64,000 nucleotides of DNA from Podospora anserina (taxonomy: Eukaryota), in NCBI GenBank assembly GCA_017654855.1, contig CM030336.1, positions 2,728,001-2,792,000 of the forward strand. Direction: 5' to 3'. The position numbers and the translations under genes were made by a program. The notes beneath the pieces were generated by a model. The model worked only from the letters and a program-made list of their open reading frames with translations. It ran no database searches and was not told the DNA's origin. This document shows positions 1-10,916 of the stretch, piece by piece (position 1 is the stretch's first letter; every line of letters starts with the position of its first letter).

Positions 1-391
1 GTCAGGCCCGTATCCTCTGGTCCGTCTAGAAAAGTAACTCCCAAAGCGTAGACAAAGTAGGGTCTTGGATATTTGGTAAGTCGGTTGGTGGGTCTGGAAA
101 GAATCGATCGGTGAGGGCCGTGGCTTTTTGGTCGTGGGTAGTTAAAAGTGTACCGGTATCACGGCGGTTGCACCGTGATCGTCGTTAATCTAGTAATGGA
201 GCTTAGCACGTGCAGAGTACGGGCCAATACAATTTAAATAACTTCATATCTCGCTACCGCGAGACCTATTTATAGCTCTTTGAGTTACATCTTGACAATA
301 GAGCCTGCCCATACCCGACGGAACAAAGCCCAGACCGTAGCTTAGCTGAATATCACTGTCATTAATCTATCAACCTGTCTTGCCCGTGACA
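1..391 (-). mobile_element. Probable solo LTR of an LTR retrotransposon (left end at or just before the window edge)
   Basis: The minus strand begins TGTCACGGG at 391. The window opens GTCAGG, consistent with (T)GTCA...TGACA terminal inverted repeats. There is an internal TATAAATAG on the minus strand near 266-274, no coding capacity, and it abuts and truncates a LINE fragment. The TSD cannot be verified because the left flank is outside the window. Confidence 0.5.
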
Positions 392-485
392 GACTGCTTC
401 GCGGGCAGTAGTTTGATTTGTTGTGTGGATTAATCCACGGCTCTTGGATAGCCAAGAGGTCGAATTTTGCTTCCTCCAGCAGTAA
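392..485 (-). mobile_element. Remnant of a LINE (Tad1-like) ORF2 endonuclease N-terminus
   Basis: Manual translation gives LLLEEAKFDLLAIQEPWINPHNKSNYCPRSS, matching the D-x-x-AIQEPW-x-NP motif at the start of fungal LINE APE endonucleases. Confidence 0.7.
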
Positions 486-487
486 TT

Positions 488-793
488 CTAGCTGGCTTGG
501 TTGAGAGGCTTGATGCGAGGCAAAAGGTAGCTCTCAATGAAGTGCTTGTAGCCAAGAACGAAAGCACCATCGATCTGGCCGTCCGAGTCCGTCAGAGTGG
601 TTCCACGTGTGACAAAATTGCCATGGTGGCTCAAGGTCAAGTTCTTGGGCTTCTCGTGGTTGTCGACCATCTCACAGTCCAAAAGGCAGTTGAGCGAGGT
701 GTCTGCTTGGAGTGGGAAACGAGACTCGATCTCACGCATCTTGGCACCGTGGACAGGATCCTTGTAGGGGGGAGTAGTGTGGCAGCTTGTCAC
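488..793 (-). pseudogene. Fragment of an uncharacterised protein-coding gene
   Basis: The frame looks protein-like (LNCLLDCEM...GAFVLGYKHFIESYLLPRIKPLNQAS), has no proper start, and ends at the LINE scrap. Confidence 0.3.
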
Positions 794-916
794 CAGATGC
801 GCGAAGAGCTTGTGTTACTCTTCCCTGTCACAAAACAAGTACCATATGATGTGGAGAAAATCTCCGTGTTTCTAGCTAGGCCACTGGCTACTACTCTACC
901 AAGCCCCCAATCTAGC

Positions 917-1608
917 CTAAGGCTTTCTCGCCAAAGCAGCTTGAAAACCCGGGCACCCCTTCCTCAAATCATCCTTCGTAACCTTGTGCTTAGCATCTCT
1001 CTTCGCCTGCCTAAGACCACGCCCAGAATTCTTGACAGCACTCTGCTGGAACTCCAACGGCGCGACGGCGAAGTCGGCATCAGACATGCACAAGTGAAGG
1101 TGCATCTCTCCCGTGTTCACACGGCAACTTCTAGCATCGGGGTGGTCATCCTCCTGGTAGACATTCACGCAGATTGCGTTCTTCTTGCACTACAGAATTT
1201 GGCATGTGTTGTAGGCAGGCTCGGAAGAGCCAGGGAAAGTGACTTGGACGTAGACGTTTTGGTCGTTGAAAGGGCTTGCCGTAAAGGCCGGGGCCTTAAG
1301 CTGGTATTTGTCTGGACCTTGTCCCCACGGCGAATCTTGACCGAGACGCCTTTGTCGTTCTTCAGAATGACATAGCCGTGTGCAGAGCCTGCCGCTGCCT
1401 TAAAGGGCTCACCACCCTTGCCGATACAGAGGTCGTTCACGCCCTTGTCACAGGCCTTGGGGTCGTCAGCAGAGGCGCTGTGCCACCAGTACAGGGGGAA
1501 GCTGCAGTGGTTGTGGACTTGAACCAAGTCGGCAGCGGAGGCGGACTGGGTGAGGAGGCCGAATGTATCGGCCAGGCCGGCTAGAAAGAAGTTGGTAAAG
1601 GAATGCAT
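917..1608 (-). pseudogene. Secreted BYS1/thaumatin-like protein pseudogene
   Basis: Signal peptide followed by VQVHNHCSFPLYWW. After a frameshift near 1290 the frame reads SPFNDQNV...TCQIL*CKKNAICVNVYQEDDHPDARSC...MHLHLC, with an in-frame TAG at 1190-1192. Confidence 0.55.
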
Positions 1609-2237
1609 TTTGCTGGCTTTTCGATGTAGGTGAGGATGATGGGGAGAGAAAGAATTCTAGAAAGAAAGTTGACAGATATATATACGTCTTGAAGGCCCCT
1701 CAAGAGCAGAGTGAACGAACTGGCGGAGTGGATCTGTGGAGGTAGCTAAATCTCTGATGGGTAACGAGTTGATGCTCCTGGTTTTGTTGAAAAGTAGCTC
1801 TTGCTGGAAATCTTGATAGACTATGTGGTGATAGCTTGATATCTTACTCATGTGAGAGCAAAGAGCAACCCGTTCCCTGTTACAAGTATCTGCTCTCAGA
1901 TACAGGTGGGTATTAGTTCCTTACAAAACCCAGTTCTACTGGTTCAAAGCCATTATGCTGCTCTTTCAACTTGACATGAAGTATGACTATAACCAGAGGA
2001 CGATGGGATGATGACGCCAGTATGGAATCTTTCAAAGTGCTGTAAAAGAGCAAATTCAGATGATTTTGTGAAACGTCTAGAAAAAAAGAAAATTACAAGG
2101 GCGTACATCTGGCTCCCTTGTAGGAAAACAACCGCATTGGATGTCAGATGATTCCATCTGACATGAAAACAAGGAAAGCAAACTCATAATGTGCTAGCAT
2201 ACCTTGCAGATTGGTATGACTCTTACATCATTTCCCG

Positions 2238-3652
2238 TCATACCCGGCGGCGTGAAGCCTGACGCTGGTGTGTTTCCGGCATAGTTGTAGAAAGACCGCC
2301 CAGGTTCATCCTCGTCGTCTTGATCCTATTTCCCTCTGACCACTTCTTCAACTCATCCAACAGCTCCACAGGCAGCCCGTCAAAGCCTATCATCAGAGAA
2401 TTCTGCTCGTCCTTCTTCGCATCGGCGGTGGCTGCAAAGTACGGTTCAGAAAGATCCTCGATCAGGTACCCAACACCAACGGGTTCCCCATTCTCGTAGG
2501 CAAGTAGAAAAAGCGACTTGCTGGACGAATTGAAGGGAATAAACAGATGGAGATCTTCTCCACCATGCCGCCCATTGGAATCGTGTAAAAACACTAGCCC
2601 CTCGCGAAGGAAGTAGCTGTGGCCTGAAAACGCACTCCTAGCTCTGATGTGGCTCTATAAGTCCCGGCCAATGATAGAAATGGTTGGTATACCTCTGACG
2701 GTCCTTTGGTGAGGCTGATAGTTGAGCCGGAACCTTGCTGTCGTCTTCCCTTCCCAAATCCCAGCTTTTTGGAAGTCCGTAGCATCAATGACAGACTTGC
2801 CAAATGACTTCAGTTTCTGGTTGAAGACCTTCCTGAAGACCGAGAGATATGTGTCTTTGCTGGCATCAGCTGCCTCACCAATTGTTCCAATGAGGTCCTT
2901 GTCTGCGTTCTTGTTCGGCAGGCTGTATGAGATGATCTTGGGGTACTTCCGTTTGATGGGGGAGAGGCCAGTGGCGGCGGTGGGCACGATAAGCACGCGG
3001 TGGTTCTTTTGTCTCTTGGCTTTGGGCTCTGGGAGGATGATGACATGTTCTGTAACAGGTTATCAGCAAGCGAGGATCGGCAGTGGTGCTGGGAACAAGA
3101 TGATGACTTACCGATATTGACGAAAGGAATCATCTTGATCCCGTCTGCTCCGCCGATTATCCGCACACCCCCACTCTTCTTGATCTTAGAGTTCCCACTC
3201 TGTACCTCGAAACGCATATTGCAAGGAGAGGGATATTGTGAGGGAATATGCTTATTCGTTCCAGGCAAATGGAATCCTGTTCCAACGCTGATATGCTCTT
3301 CCTCGTTGCCATAGCAAAACTGATTTCCACGGGTCAGGGTGCTCCAGTCAAAGGAATCGACGGCTGAAGCCTTCCGCTCCTCTGAAGCATCTTGACCTGC
3401 GGCGGCATCATGAACCTCCCCGGCAAGCTCCTCCTCAATGGCGGCCTGTGTGCGGGGACTGCGTCTGCGAGGTCTGTGCCGAACTGTCGAACTCTTTCGT
3501 GGTTTTGGCGTTGCTGACGCTGATGCCTTCGTAGCTTTTAAGCTTGGCGGATGTGCGGGCTCCGGTGTGGTCGTGGCCTCCCTGGCAGCGACGCGTGATG
3601 ATCGACGCGTCGGCGCGGTGCTTGGAACTCCAATTTGCTTGCGAGGAGGCAT
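2238..3652 (-). CDS. Divergent Rtt106-like (double PH domain) histone-chaperone paralogue, about 427 aa, 3 exons
   Basis: Exons 3652-3112, 3049-2693 and 2623-2238 join in frame across GT-AG introns 3111-3050 and 2692-2624. Segments NIEHVIILPEPK...HRVLIVP, AADASKDTYLSVF and GHSYFLREGLVF...LFIPF resemble recalled fungal Rtt106 blocks. Confidence 0.6.
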
Positions 3653-4603
3653 GTTTGCAGCCAAAAAAGGTCTTGAAGCAGATGGGCAGGAATGATACAA
3701 TGTCGTCGAGATAGAAGTCGCTTTGGGCTTTGCGTTAACTTTTTATATAGTTCGGGGGCCGAAAAACTGGACAAGATTTGACTTTGTGGAAATCATTTGG
3801 TGCCATCTGGGGATGGCCCTAACTCAGCTGGTAATCTCAGCCACAGTTTGGATCCTTTTCTGCTGTTTGCGTTCATTGTTCTTGAGACAAGGGTATGATC
3901 TGTCGAAGAAACTCGTAGTGCTCGCTCGTCGAGCCTTCTCGTTGCAAAGAGAAAGGTAAATAATGGAACCCATACATTAAATGATTGGCCTTCTCAGCAC
4001 AAGATGCAATCGAAATCCAGTCTCTGTTTGTTGCTGTCCAGGTGCATTTCGAAACAGTTAAAATAAAAAAAGCAAAAGGAGAAAGACGTGACCATGATGG
4101 GCTTGAACCCACTACCTGGAGCGAAGGGTCGGTCCGGTCCACACAACCCCAACTGGCCAGGCCAGGTGGCTCGCGGCTCCTTAACCATTGCGCTATCTAC
4201 ATACAATGTATAGCTACTTCGCTGGTGGGAAGAGCCAAAGGGCGGTATATAAGCTGCCGCCTACTGGATCTATCAGGTACCTATCTCGCACCATCGAACC
4301 TGGAACCCTTAGGGGCCTTTTCACACCAAACGATTCTTGTCCTCGACGTCGATGTGCTTGCTGCTGCCTTTTGTATTGTCCTCCTGCCACTTGTTTGTCA
4401 AGTTGAAGAGGCAACCGATGGAATGTTATGTCCAACAATGAAGCGACTGTGGTTGTATTCGGGAGACAAGCTCATAATGTTGGCAGGAAAGAAAAAGTCT
4501 TGTCCTCTGGCTTGTCCAGGCTTTTCCCACCCAGGTTGTATTGTCCACCTCGCATCTCCCAACCGCTGCCACTAGCACCGCCCAGACGACGCCACCTACC
4601 TAC

Positions 4604-5068
4604 TCAACCTTCTCCAGCCTCTCCCTTCTTCAGGTACTCCATATAATTTATTCTCTCCTGACACCGATCTCTATCCATCCCCGCATTGTCCACCTTCGCC
4701 TGGAGATCATTCAGCCTCCGCTCCAAAGCAAGGCTCCGGAGAAAATACGCCGTCCTCAACGCATTCAGCGAGGCATTCTCCTGTCTAAGCTTGACGATCG
4801 TTGCCTCCAACTTGACAATCTTTTGACTCAGTTTTGACTCATCCAATTCCTCTTTATGCCGCCTCTCCATAGAGATCATATCACTTTCCATCTTCTTCTT
4901 CTCGCCCTTCAACGAGTCGCAGTGCCGTTGGAGCCGAGTGTATTCTTTGAGGAGCGTCTTGCGGTTCATACGTTCAGGGGGCCGTGGTTCGCAAGATGAG
5001 GCGGGCTTCTCGCGCGTTAGATGGAGGCGCGAGCGGACGCCCTGCATCCGTTCTGAAAAGTTTCCCAT
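4604..5068 (-). CDS. Orphan coiled-coil protein (154 aa), paralogue of 58634-59375
   Basis: ATG at 5068 (MGNFSERMQ), heptad-like E/K/L-rich body, and visible similarity to the gene at 58.6 kb. Confidence 0.6.
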   Translation of the reverse strand: MGNFSERMQGVRSRLHLTREKPASSCEPRPPERMNRKTLLKEYTRLQRHCDSLKGEKKKMESDMISMERRHKEELDESKLSQKIVKLEATIVKLRQENASLNALRTAYFLRSLALERRLNDLQAKVDNAGMDRDRCQERINYMEYLKKGEAGEG

Positions 5069-6268
5069 GTCAGATGTGTGGTGAGGGACTGATATGATGG
5101 GTTGTGTGTTTGCGGTGAAGTGTTGCTTGAGAGGCACCAAGAACGTCAGGACATGGAGACACCGCCTTGACAGTCCTGATGTCGAGAACGGAGAACCCCA
5201 TGGGGAGGCGATGGATGGCTCAGGGTGGCTTCGCAAGACTTTTGGCGGGTGAAAGCTTAATGTTCAACACAAAATGTGGTAGACCCCGGTTCCTGAATCG
5301 CGCAATCACGGGAACCGGGGTTTGGAAATTGCAAACACTCAAGACAAACGTCGTCGATTAAAAAGCCAACTGCCAGCTTCATGGTGGATGGATTATGCCA
5401 CCTACTCGATGCACAAAATGCTGTTGCAAGAGCCCCCTGTTTGGGTTCCTTTCCACCTTCCACCCACCTTCCTTCCGGCTTCCCCTACAACAAGCCAATA
5501 AATCTTCAACAGCTCTTCCCCAAGTTTTGTGAAACCCAGGTGACCGGGCAGCGGTAGTCGCAGAATGGAAAATGACAAAGATGGTCAAAAACCGGCGGAG
5601 GGGGATAGGATGTGCGATGAGAAGGACGATAAGGGAGATGACCAAGATGGGGAAAATGAAACTTGTCACCCGGATGGTATTGATCACTTGTGAGGGGAAT
5701 TACACCGCAACGCCTTCTAGACATAATAGCAAGCAGCCAGTGATAAACAAATGTTTTTTCGCTCTGCAAATTGCCCAATTGCTTGACAGCGGCACAAGCC
5801 GAATAAATGAGGCTGCCCGTCGTGTGGTGGTCCTCGGCGCTTAACCTACCCGCCAACCGTTTGGAAGCGCCGCAAGCGGTGCGCCGCTCCACTAAGGCAA
5901 TATGTGACAGCCAATTATGACTTGGTGCAGGTAGCAGCCGCGATTGACTTGTCGGAAGGGGATTAGCTACCGCTCAGGCGAGATTTTTGGATGCAAGCCC
6001 TGGTGTTGGATGAGTGGGGGAGAGGGGAGGTTCGGGGGGAAGGCATGCAAGTGTTTTGGCCGATTGGGCGGTTGAGGGAGGATCCTGGGGTTTGGGAGCT
6101 TGATTTTTGATGGGGGTCTGGAGAAAGGAGAAAGGCTAGGTAGTTTTACCAGCCTCTGGAATTTCAAGTTGCATAGGTACGGTTGGGTAGGATATAATTA
6201 TGCTGTTTTGAGCCACGTCCGATCTGTTCTGGCTTTGTCTAGTTCCATGCTATCATTACGACAACAAA

Positions 6269-7039
6269 ATGCACCCCCTTACTACGTCAGACCTCGCCTT
6301 CTTGCTTTGCACGTCTTCATCTACCTCCCCACCAAGAGCGCCACTGATGTTGAGGACAACGTATGGGTTGGTGGTTGTTATTCAGAGCGATGGATCGTTG
6401 GACATATCGATATCAGAACAAAAGCCACCGCGTGGAAAGGGGATGGTAGTCGGGGGGGTTGGCTCTGCTCTTGCCAGCCCTGTCATGCTTCCCGTTCCAC
6501 GGATATCGCCACCGCAAAACGAGCATTATCTGCTTTCTCCAGATTTCACCACGTCGACGTACCTCTGGTCACCAAGCTCGGCGAGCTTAGACGAGTGGAC
6601 ACCGGCGGATGAGGTACTGCTAGAGTCGTTGTATTCTGGTGAGGTGGAGGAGGAAAGGGGTTGGTTTGACGGTTATCTTGATTGGGTTGGGAGGGCGGAG
6701 GATCAGCTCCATGGTTTGGGTTCGTCGAGGCTGTGGAGAGGACCGGAAGAGTCAAACGATAGCTTTATCAGCGTTGATTCTCCAACAGAATCAGGAGAGG
6801 GGATTGACGGGCAGCTTTTCAAAGACGAGGGCGAGAGAACGCTGTGGTTAGTGGAGGGTATGTTGTTAGCGTCTTGGTTGGCGCTGCAGGAGGGAATCGA
6901 AGGAGTTGGTTATCGCGTTGGCAGGTCCGAGGACGCTGTGGAGGGGGAGCAGGACGAGGGTATGTATTTGTTGGAAAGAGGGGGCACTGAGAGTTTGGGC
7001 GAGGTCGTTGCGGCTTTCTTGAGGAATGTGAGATTTTGA
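6269..7039 (+). CDS. Hypothetical protein (256 aa)
   Basis: ATG in CAAAATG context, uninterrupted ORF, and the C-rich 5' / G-rich 3' skew seen in the other host genes. Confidence 0.6.
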   Translation: MHPLTTSDLAFLLCTSSSTSPPRAPLMLRTTYGLVVVIQSDGSLDISISEQKPPRGKGMVVGGVGSALASPVMLPVPRISPPQNEHYLLSPDFTTSTYLWSPSSASLDEWTPADEVLLESLYSGEVEEERGWFDGYLDWVGRAEDQLHGLGSSRLWRGPEESNDSFISVDSPTESGEGIDGQLFKDEGERTLWLVEGMLLASWLALQEGIEGVGYRVGRSEDAVEGEQDEGMYLLERGGTESLGEVVAAFLRNVRF

Positions 7040-7540
7040 ATGACATTGCCAGGCATTTGGGGCATGATGCATAGCATGGGATTGGGAAAGAACATTGACG
7101 AATATCATGACCCATTCCGACATCGAAACTGAGAGAGAAAAAATGGCGGTTTTGCATTTCGTTTGACCATGATCATTTGTAAAAAAGGTATGACGAGAAA
7201 ACTGTTTATACCGTGGTATTATATGTGCTGTGATGAAGACCCCTTCCCGTCGGCTCCCTTAACCTCCCCTTCCATCCTCATGCACAACCTGTGCTTGTCA
7301 TTGACGCGCTCCCCTCCAGTCCTGATGATCCAACCTTGACTCGGCATGACTCGATGATGTAGCCCTCTCCCCACCATCCCCTCCGCGCGTCAAAGTCAAC
7401 TTGGGCATAGCAGCCCACCCCATTCATCTCAAAGCCTTGGAAATCATGAGCCCGTCCTCACACGCTGGCAACTGTTCTGAGACTCGTTCCTTCTCACCCA
7501 GACTGAATTATCCTATTTCTTGTCCACTGAGATAACCCGA

Positions 7541-7813
7541 CTACCGACTAGACATTGCGAAATAGAGCATAATCATCGGCCACCCCGTCGATAGTAAGAA
7601 CGCCGCCAGTACCGAAAATAGGTTTGGATCTCTGTCCGATTCCCTGCCCGACCAACGAGAAAGCAGCGTGACGGCGCACCAGATCATGCCGATACCATAC
7701 ACCGACCCAGCCCACGCGATGCCCAAGATGATGCTGTTCATCTGGTCCTCCTTGGCGAACACGGCACCAGCGGTGTCGGCGAAAGGCTCCTCGAGAGAAA
7801 GATTCTGACCCAT
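7541..7813 (-). CDS. Small membrane protein (90 aa, two hydrophobic segments)
   Basis: CAAAATGG start context; hydrophobic stretches IILGIAWAGSVYGIGMIWCAVTLL and LFSVLAAFLLSTGWPMIMLYF. Confidence 0.6.
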   Translation of the reverse strand: MGQNLSLEEPFADTAGAVFAKEDQMNSIILGIAWAGSVYGIGMIWCAVTLLSRWSGRESDRDPNLFSVLAAFLLSTGWPMIMLYFAMSSR

Positions 7814-9983
7814 TTTGGCGGTTGGTGTGTGGTGCTACTGAGATAAAAAGGGAGGGTGTGGTGTTGTCGTTAGTTGGTGGTAAAAATGAAGGAGAGCGAG
7901 GTGATGGTTCGACCAGCGACAGACAAGGAAATTCCAAGCACAGGGTATATAATAAAATGATAAAGTCAAAATCTGACCTAGATGACTAAAAGGTCAAATG
8001 CAAAAGAGAATGGTAGAATCGAAGTGGTATTGTGTTGGGAAATGACTGCGACCAGCGACCAGCGATCAATAACCTGCCCGACAACAACAGTGGGAAAAAA
8101 AAGAACGAATGGGAATTTGTTGGTGGAGAGAGGGAAAAGGTGGAAGAAAAGAGATGGGAAAAGAGAAGCAGATGGAAAAAGAGAAGAGTCGAATCTCAAA
8201 CACACCACCTCGTCTTGGGTAGCGCAAGGAGGTCAAAAGCTGAGGCGATCTAACAGCGAGGCGAGGTTGGTGATTGGCCCCTCCCCCAGACTTGAGACGG
8301 TTGGTGATCCGGACGAGCCTCCTTTTACAGGGGGTGACCTCCTGGTCGGTGCCCCGGTGGCCCGTGCTGGAAACGATGCCATGTTACCCTCCTTGACTTA
8401 CCGCACGGCTTTGGGAGTTTCCGGATGGAAAACAGATGAGATCGTCGGCTCATGGTCATGCTGGATGCTACCATTGATCAGATGCAGAAAGTCAAAATGT
8501 ATAAATATCGACGCGTCTTCTTCTGCAGTTTGCGTGAAGGGCAAGGGGGCCAGACACGCGAGGTTGCACTGACGTCACTTTGATCAGTGGGTCAATGTGG
8601 GGCATCAAAGGGCCCCAGCGTCTTTTGCTTTTGCGCCTGCCATCTCATCTCTGACACGCCCAGCAACACCCTGGGGCAACACCATCGGGCTGTCTCCCAC
8701 ATGAGTTTTCTCATCAATTGCATTTGAAGTTGAGGGTCGAATCAGGAGCGGCCAAGCGCAGAAACAAGCGCCAAGGCAGTATCCGACGGCGCTTGTGTTG
8801 GGATGCCAGGCCTGGCCACCTTCCTGGCCTATCAGGACGGCCTGGATGCAATTGCTGTTGTGACAGCGAGAATCCCATCCTTTGTTGTCCTTTGACATTC
8901 TTCTGGTTTTTCGCTTGAAATGTTGAGTTTTTTGGGTGGGTGGGTGCATTTAAGGGTTCATTTTCATCAACGCTGGGACCCCTGATATGGCTGTCTGGGA
9001 TTGGTTTTCTATGTTCGTGACCTCGTGCGACGAAGAACAATGGAATTCTTGACATCTTTGGCACCAAAGATGCAGGAGGCAAAACAGAGCATTGTATGGA
9101 CATCTGACATGGACCACTCGCTTTACCAAAGTCTTAAGGACTGCTATAAGTAGGTGGTGTGGACTTTGCCTCTTCCCCAAGGCTGAGTCTTCCAAAGCCA
9201 GCACACTATCGGTCAAATCTGCAACCGCAACTCGCTACCCAGGAGCAAGCTGGCATGGCAGTGAATCAGGAGTGCCAATATTCCTTGAAATACCTTAACG
9301 ATCTATTCTCAGCCCTGTATAACGTCATCTATGGTCACACTTCAGCCCAGCCGGGAGAATGCATGGCCTTATTTTATAATCTTCTCATTGCTCTAAGATT
9401 CTATCTCAGTCGTTTCCCGGAATGCGACTATCCTGTTAGCACAATTCGAGATCTTGATGCCCCCCGGAGGGGACCTTTCTAGTAGTAGTATACTGGAAAT
9501 GGAGACCGCGGTAAGAAAACTTGTCCTGAATCATGAATGACAATTTCTCCATTTGAGTATCGTGGCTCATTGAAAGACTTTGCAGGAATCATGAGTGCTG
9601 GATTACGGTTGCTGGACGACCGAGTCAAAGCGGCTTGTGGTAATTGGATTGCATCATCTGACGGTTCTGTAGATTTTCTTTGGCGCACACCGTTGCGCAT
9701 GTTATGAGTTTGAGACGTACCTAATGCACCTTCAATTCATAAGAAAAAATCATTGTTATTCATCGCCATCAAAGAGCATCTGAAGAAGGCCATAATGTGC
9801 AGCAAGCAAACAGGGCTGTGGTGGAGTGTGGCGCCAGGGTGGTTGAACTTTGACCTTTCATCGCTCCTTCCCTTACTGTTGACTGCTGCCTTGAACTTCC
9901 TTCAAAAGTCTTCATCCCAACTCTGCTTGCCCCGTTCACCGCAGCCTCCGACTTTTCCCGACACATGCCCAGTACCCAGCAAA

Positions 9984-10364
9984 ATGACAGATACGGATCA
10001 GCCACACTCGCACCTCGAGGAATCACAAGACATTGTTATGGAACATGATGAGCCACGGGCTTTCCCAGAAGTGCCACGGACTTTGCCAGAAGTGCCCCAA
10101 GTGCCGCAAGATTCGCAGACCCTCAACGAATTCCGGAAGTCCGCTGACGAAATCGCCCGCCTCGCCCTCCTAGTACAGCAGGAACAAGAAAATGATCAGC
10201 TTTTGTGCACCGCAAGCTCGGTTAACCTCATTGGCGACTTTGTCACTGCCTGGAGGATCCACGATCGGCTATTTCCGGGGCACGGCTCACCCAGTTCATA
10301 TTTCCACGGAAAGGCCAAACTGAGGTGGGTGAGAGCTACTCAGCTGCGATCACGACCGAAATGA
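9984..10364 (+). CDS. Hypothetical protein (126 aa)
   Basis: CAAAATG start, protein-like composition with PEVP repeats, G-rich region downstream. Confidence 0.45.
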   Translation: MTDTDQPHSHLEESQDIVMEHDEPRAFPEVPRTLPEVPQVPQDSQTLNEFRKSADEIARLALLVQQEQENDQLLCTASSVNLIGDFVTAWRIHDRLFPGHGSPSSYFHGKAKLRWVRATQLRSRPK

Positions 10365-10916
10365 GATGATGAGGCATTTCTGGCAAGGTTGAAATGCCTG
10401 GGGTGGGGTGGGCAAAAATGATGGTGAGCGGCATATCCGGGCAAGGCAAATGAGAGAGATTCTAATGTTAGACAGTTTAGATACCAGCAAAGAGAATCTT
10501 CCCGCGGGAAGGGATGTTTTCAGGGGAGGATACCACAGCAAAAATCTCGATCAGACGTATGTTTGTACTCGTAGATTCTATTAATGACTAGCACAACAGC
10601 GATGGGTTGTGATATTGAGATTCCCGAATAGAGGCATGTCGAGAACATGGCCGATGGATACATACGTGAGACTTTGGCTCAATTGACGCATAAAGCTGCG
10701 GAATTCCATCTCCATTCCAGGGACGGGACATGTGAGGACCACGCCGGGCTGACAGTCGTTGAAAGATGGGATCTCACCATGCAATACGACATCGACGTGG
10801 TACAGCCGCGCATACGCTGACAATATTCTGCGAGGTCCGAAGCGGGGTCTCAATGTGTCGGGAATCAGACTTGACCTTCAAAGGTCGAGATTTCAATGAC
10901 CGAGCAGAGCCAAAAC

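Noticed and set aside
467-1375. 302-aa plus-strand ORF
   Set aside because: It has a TTG start and no motifs, and it is the antisense shadow of the minus-strand gene fragments.
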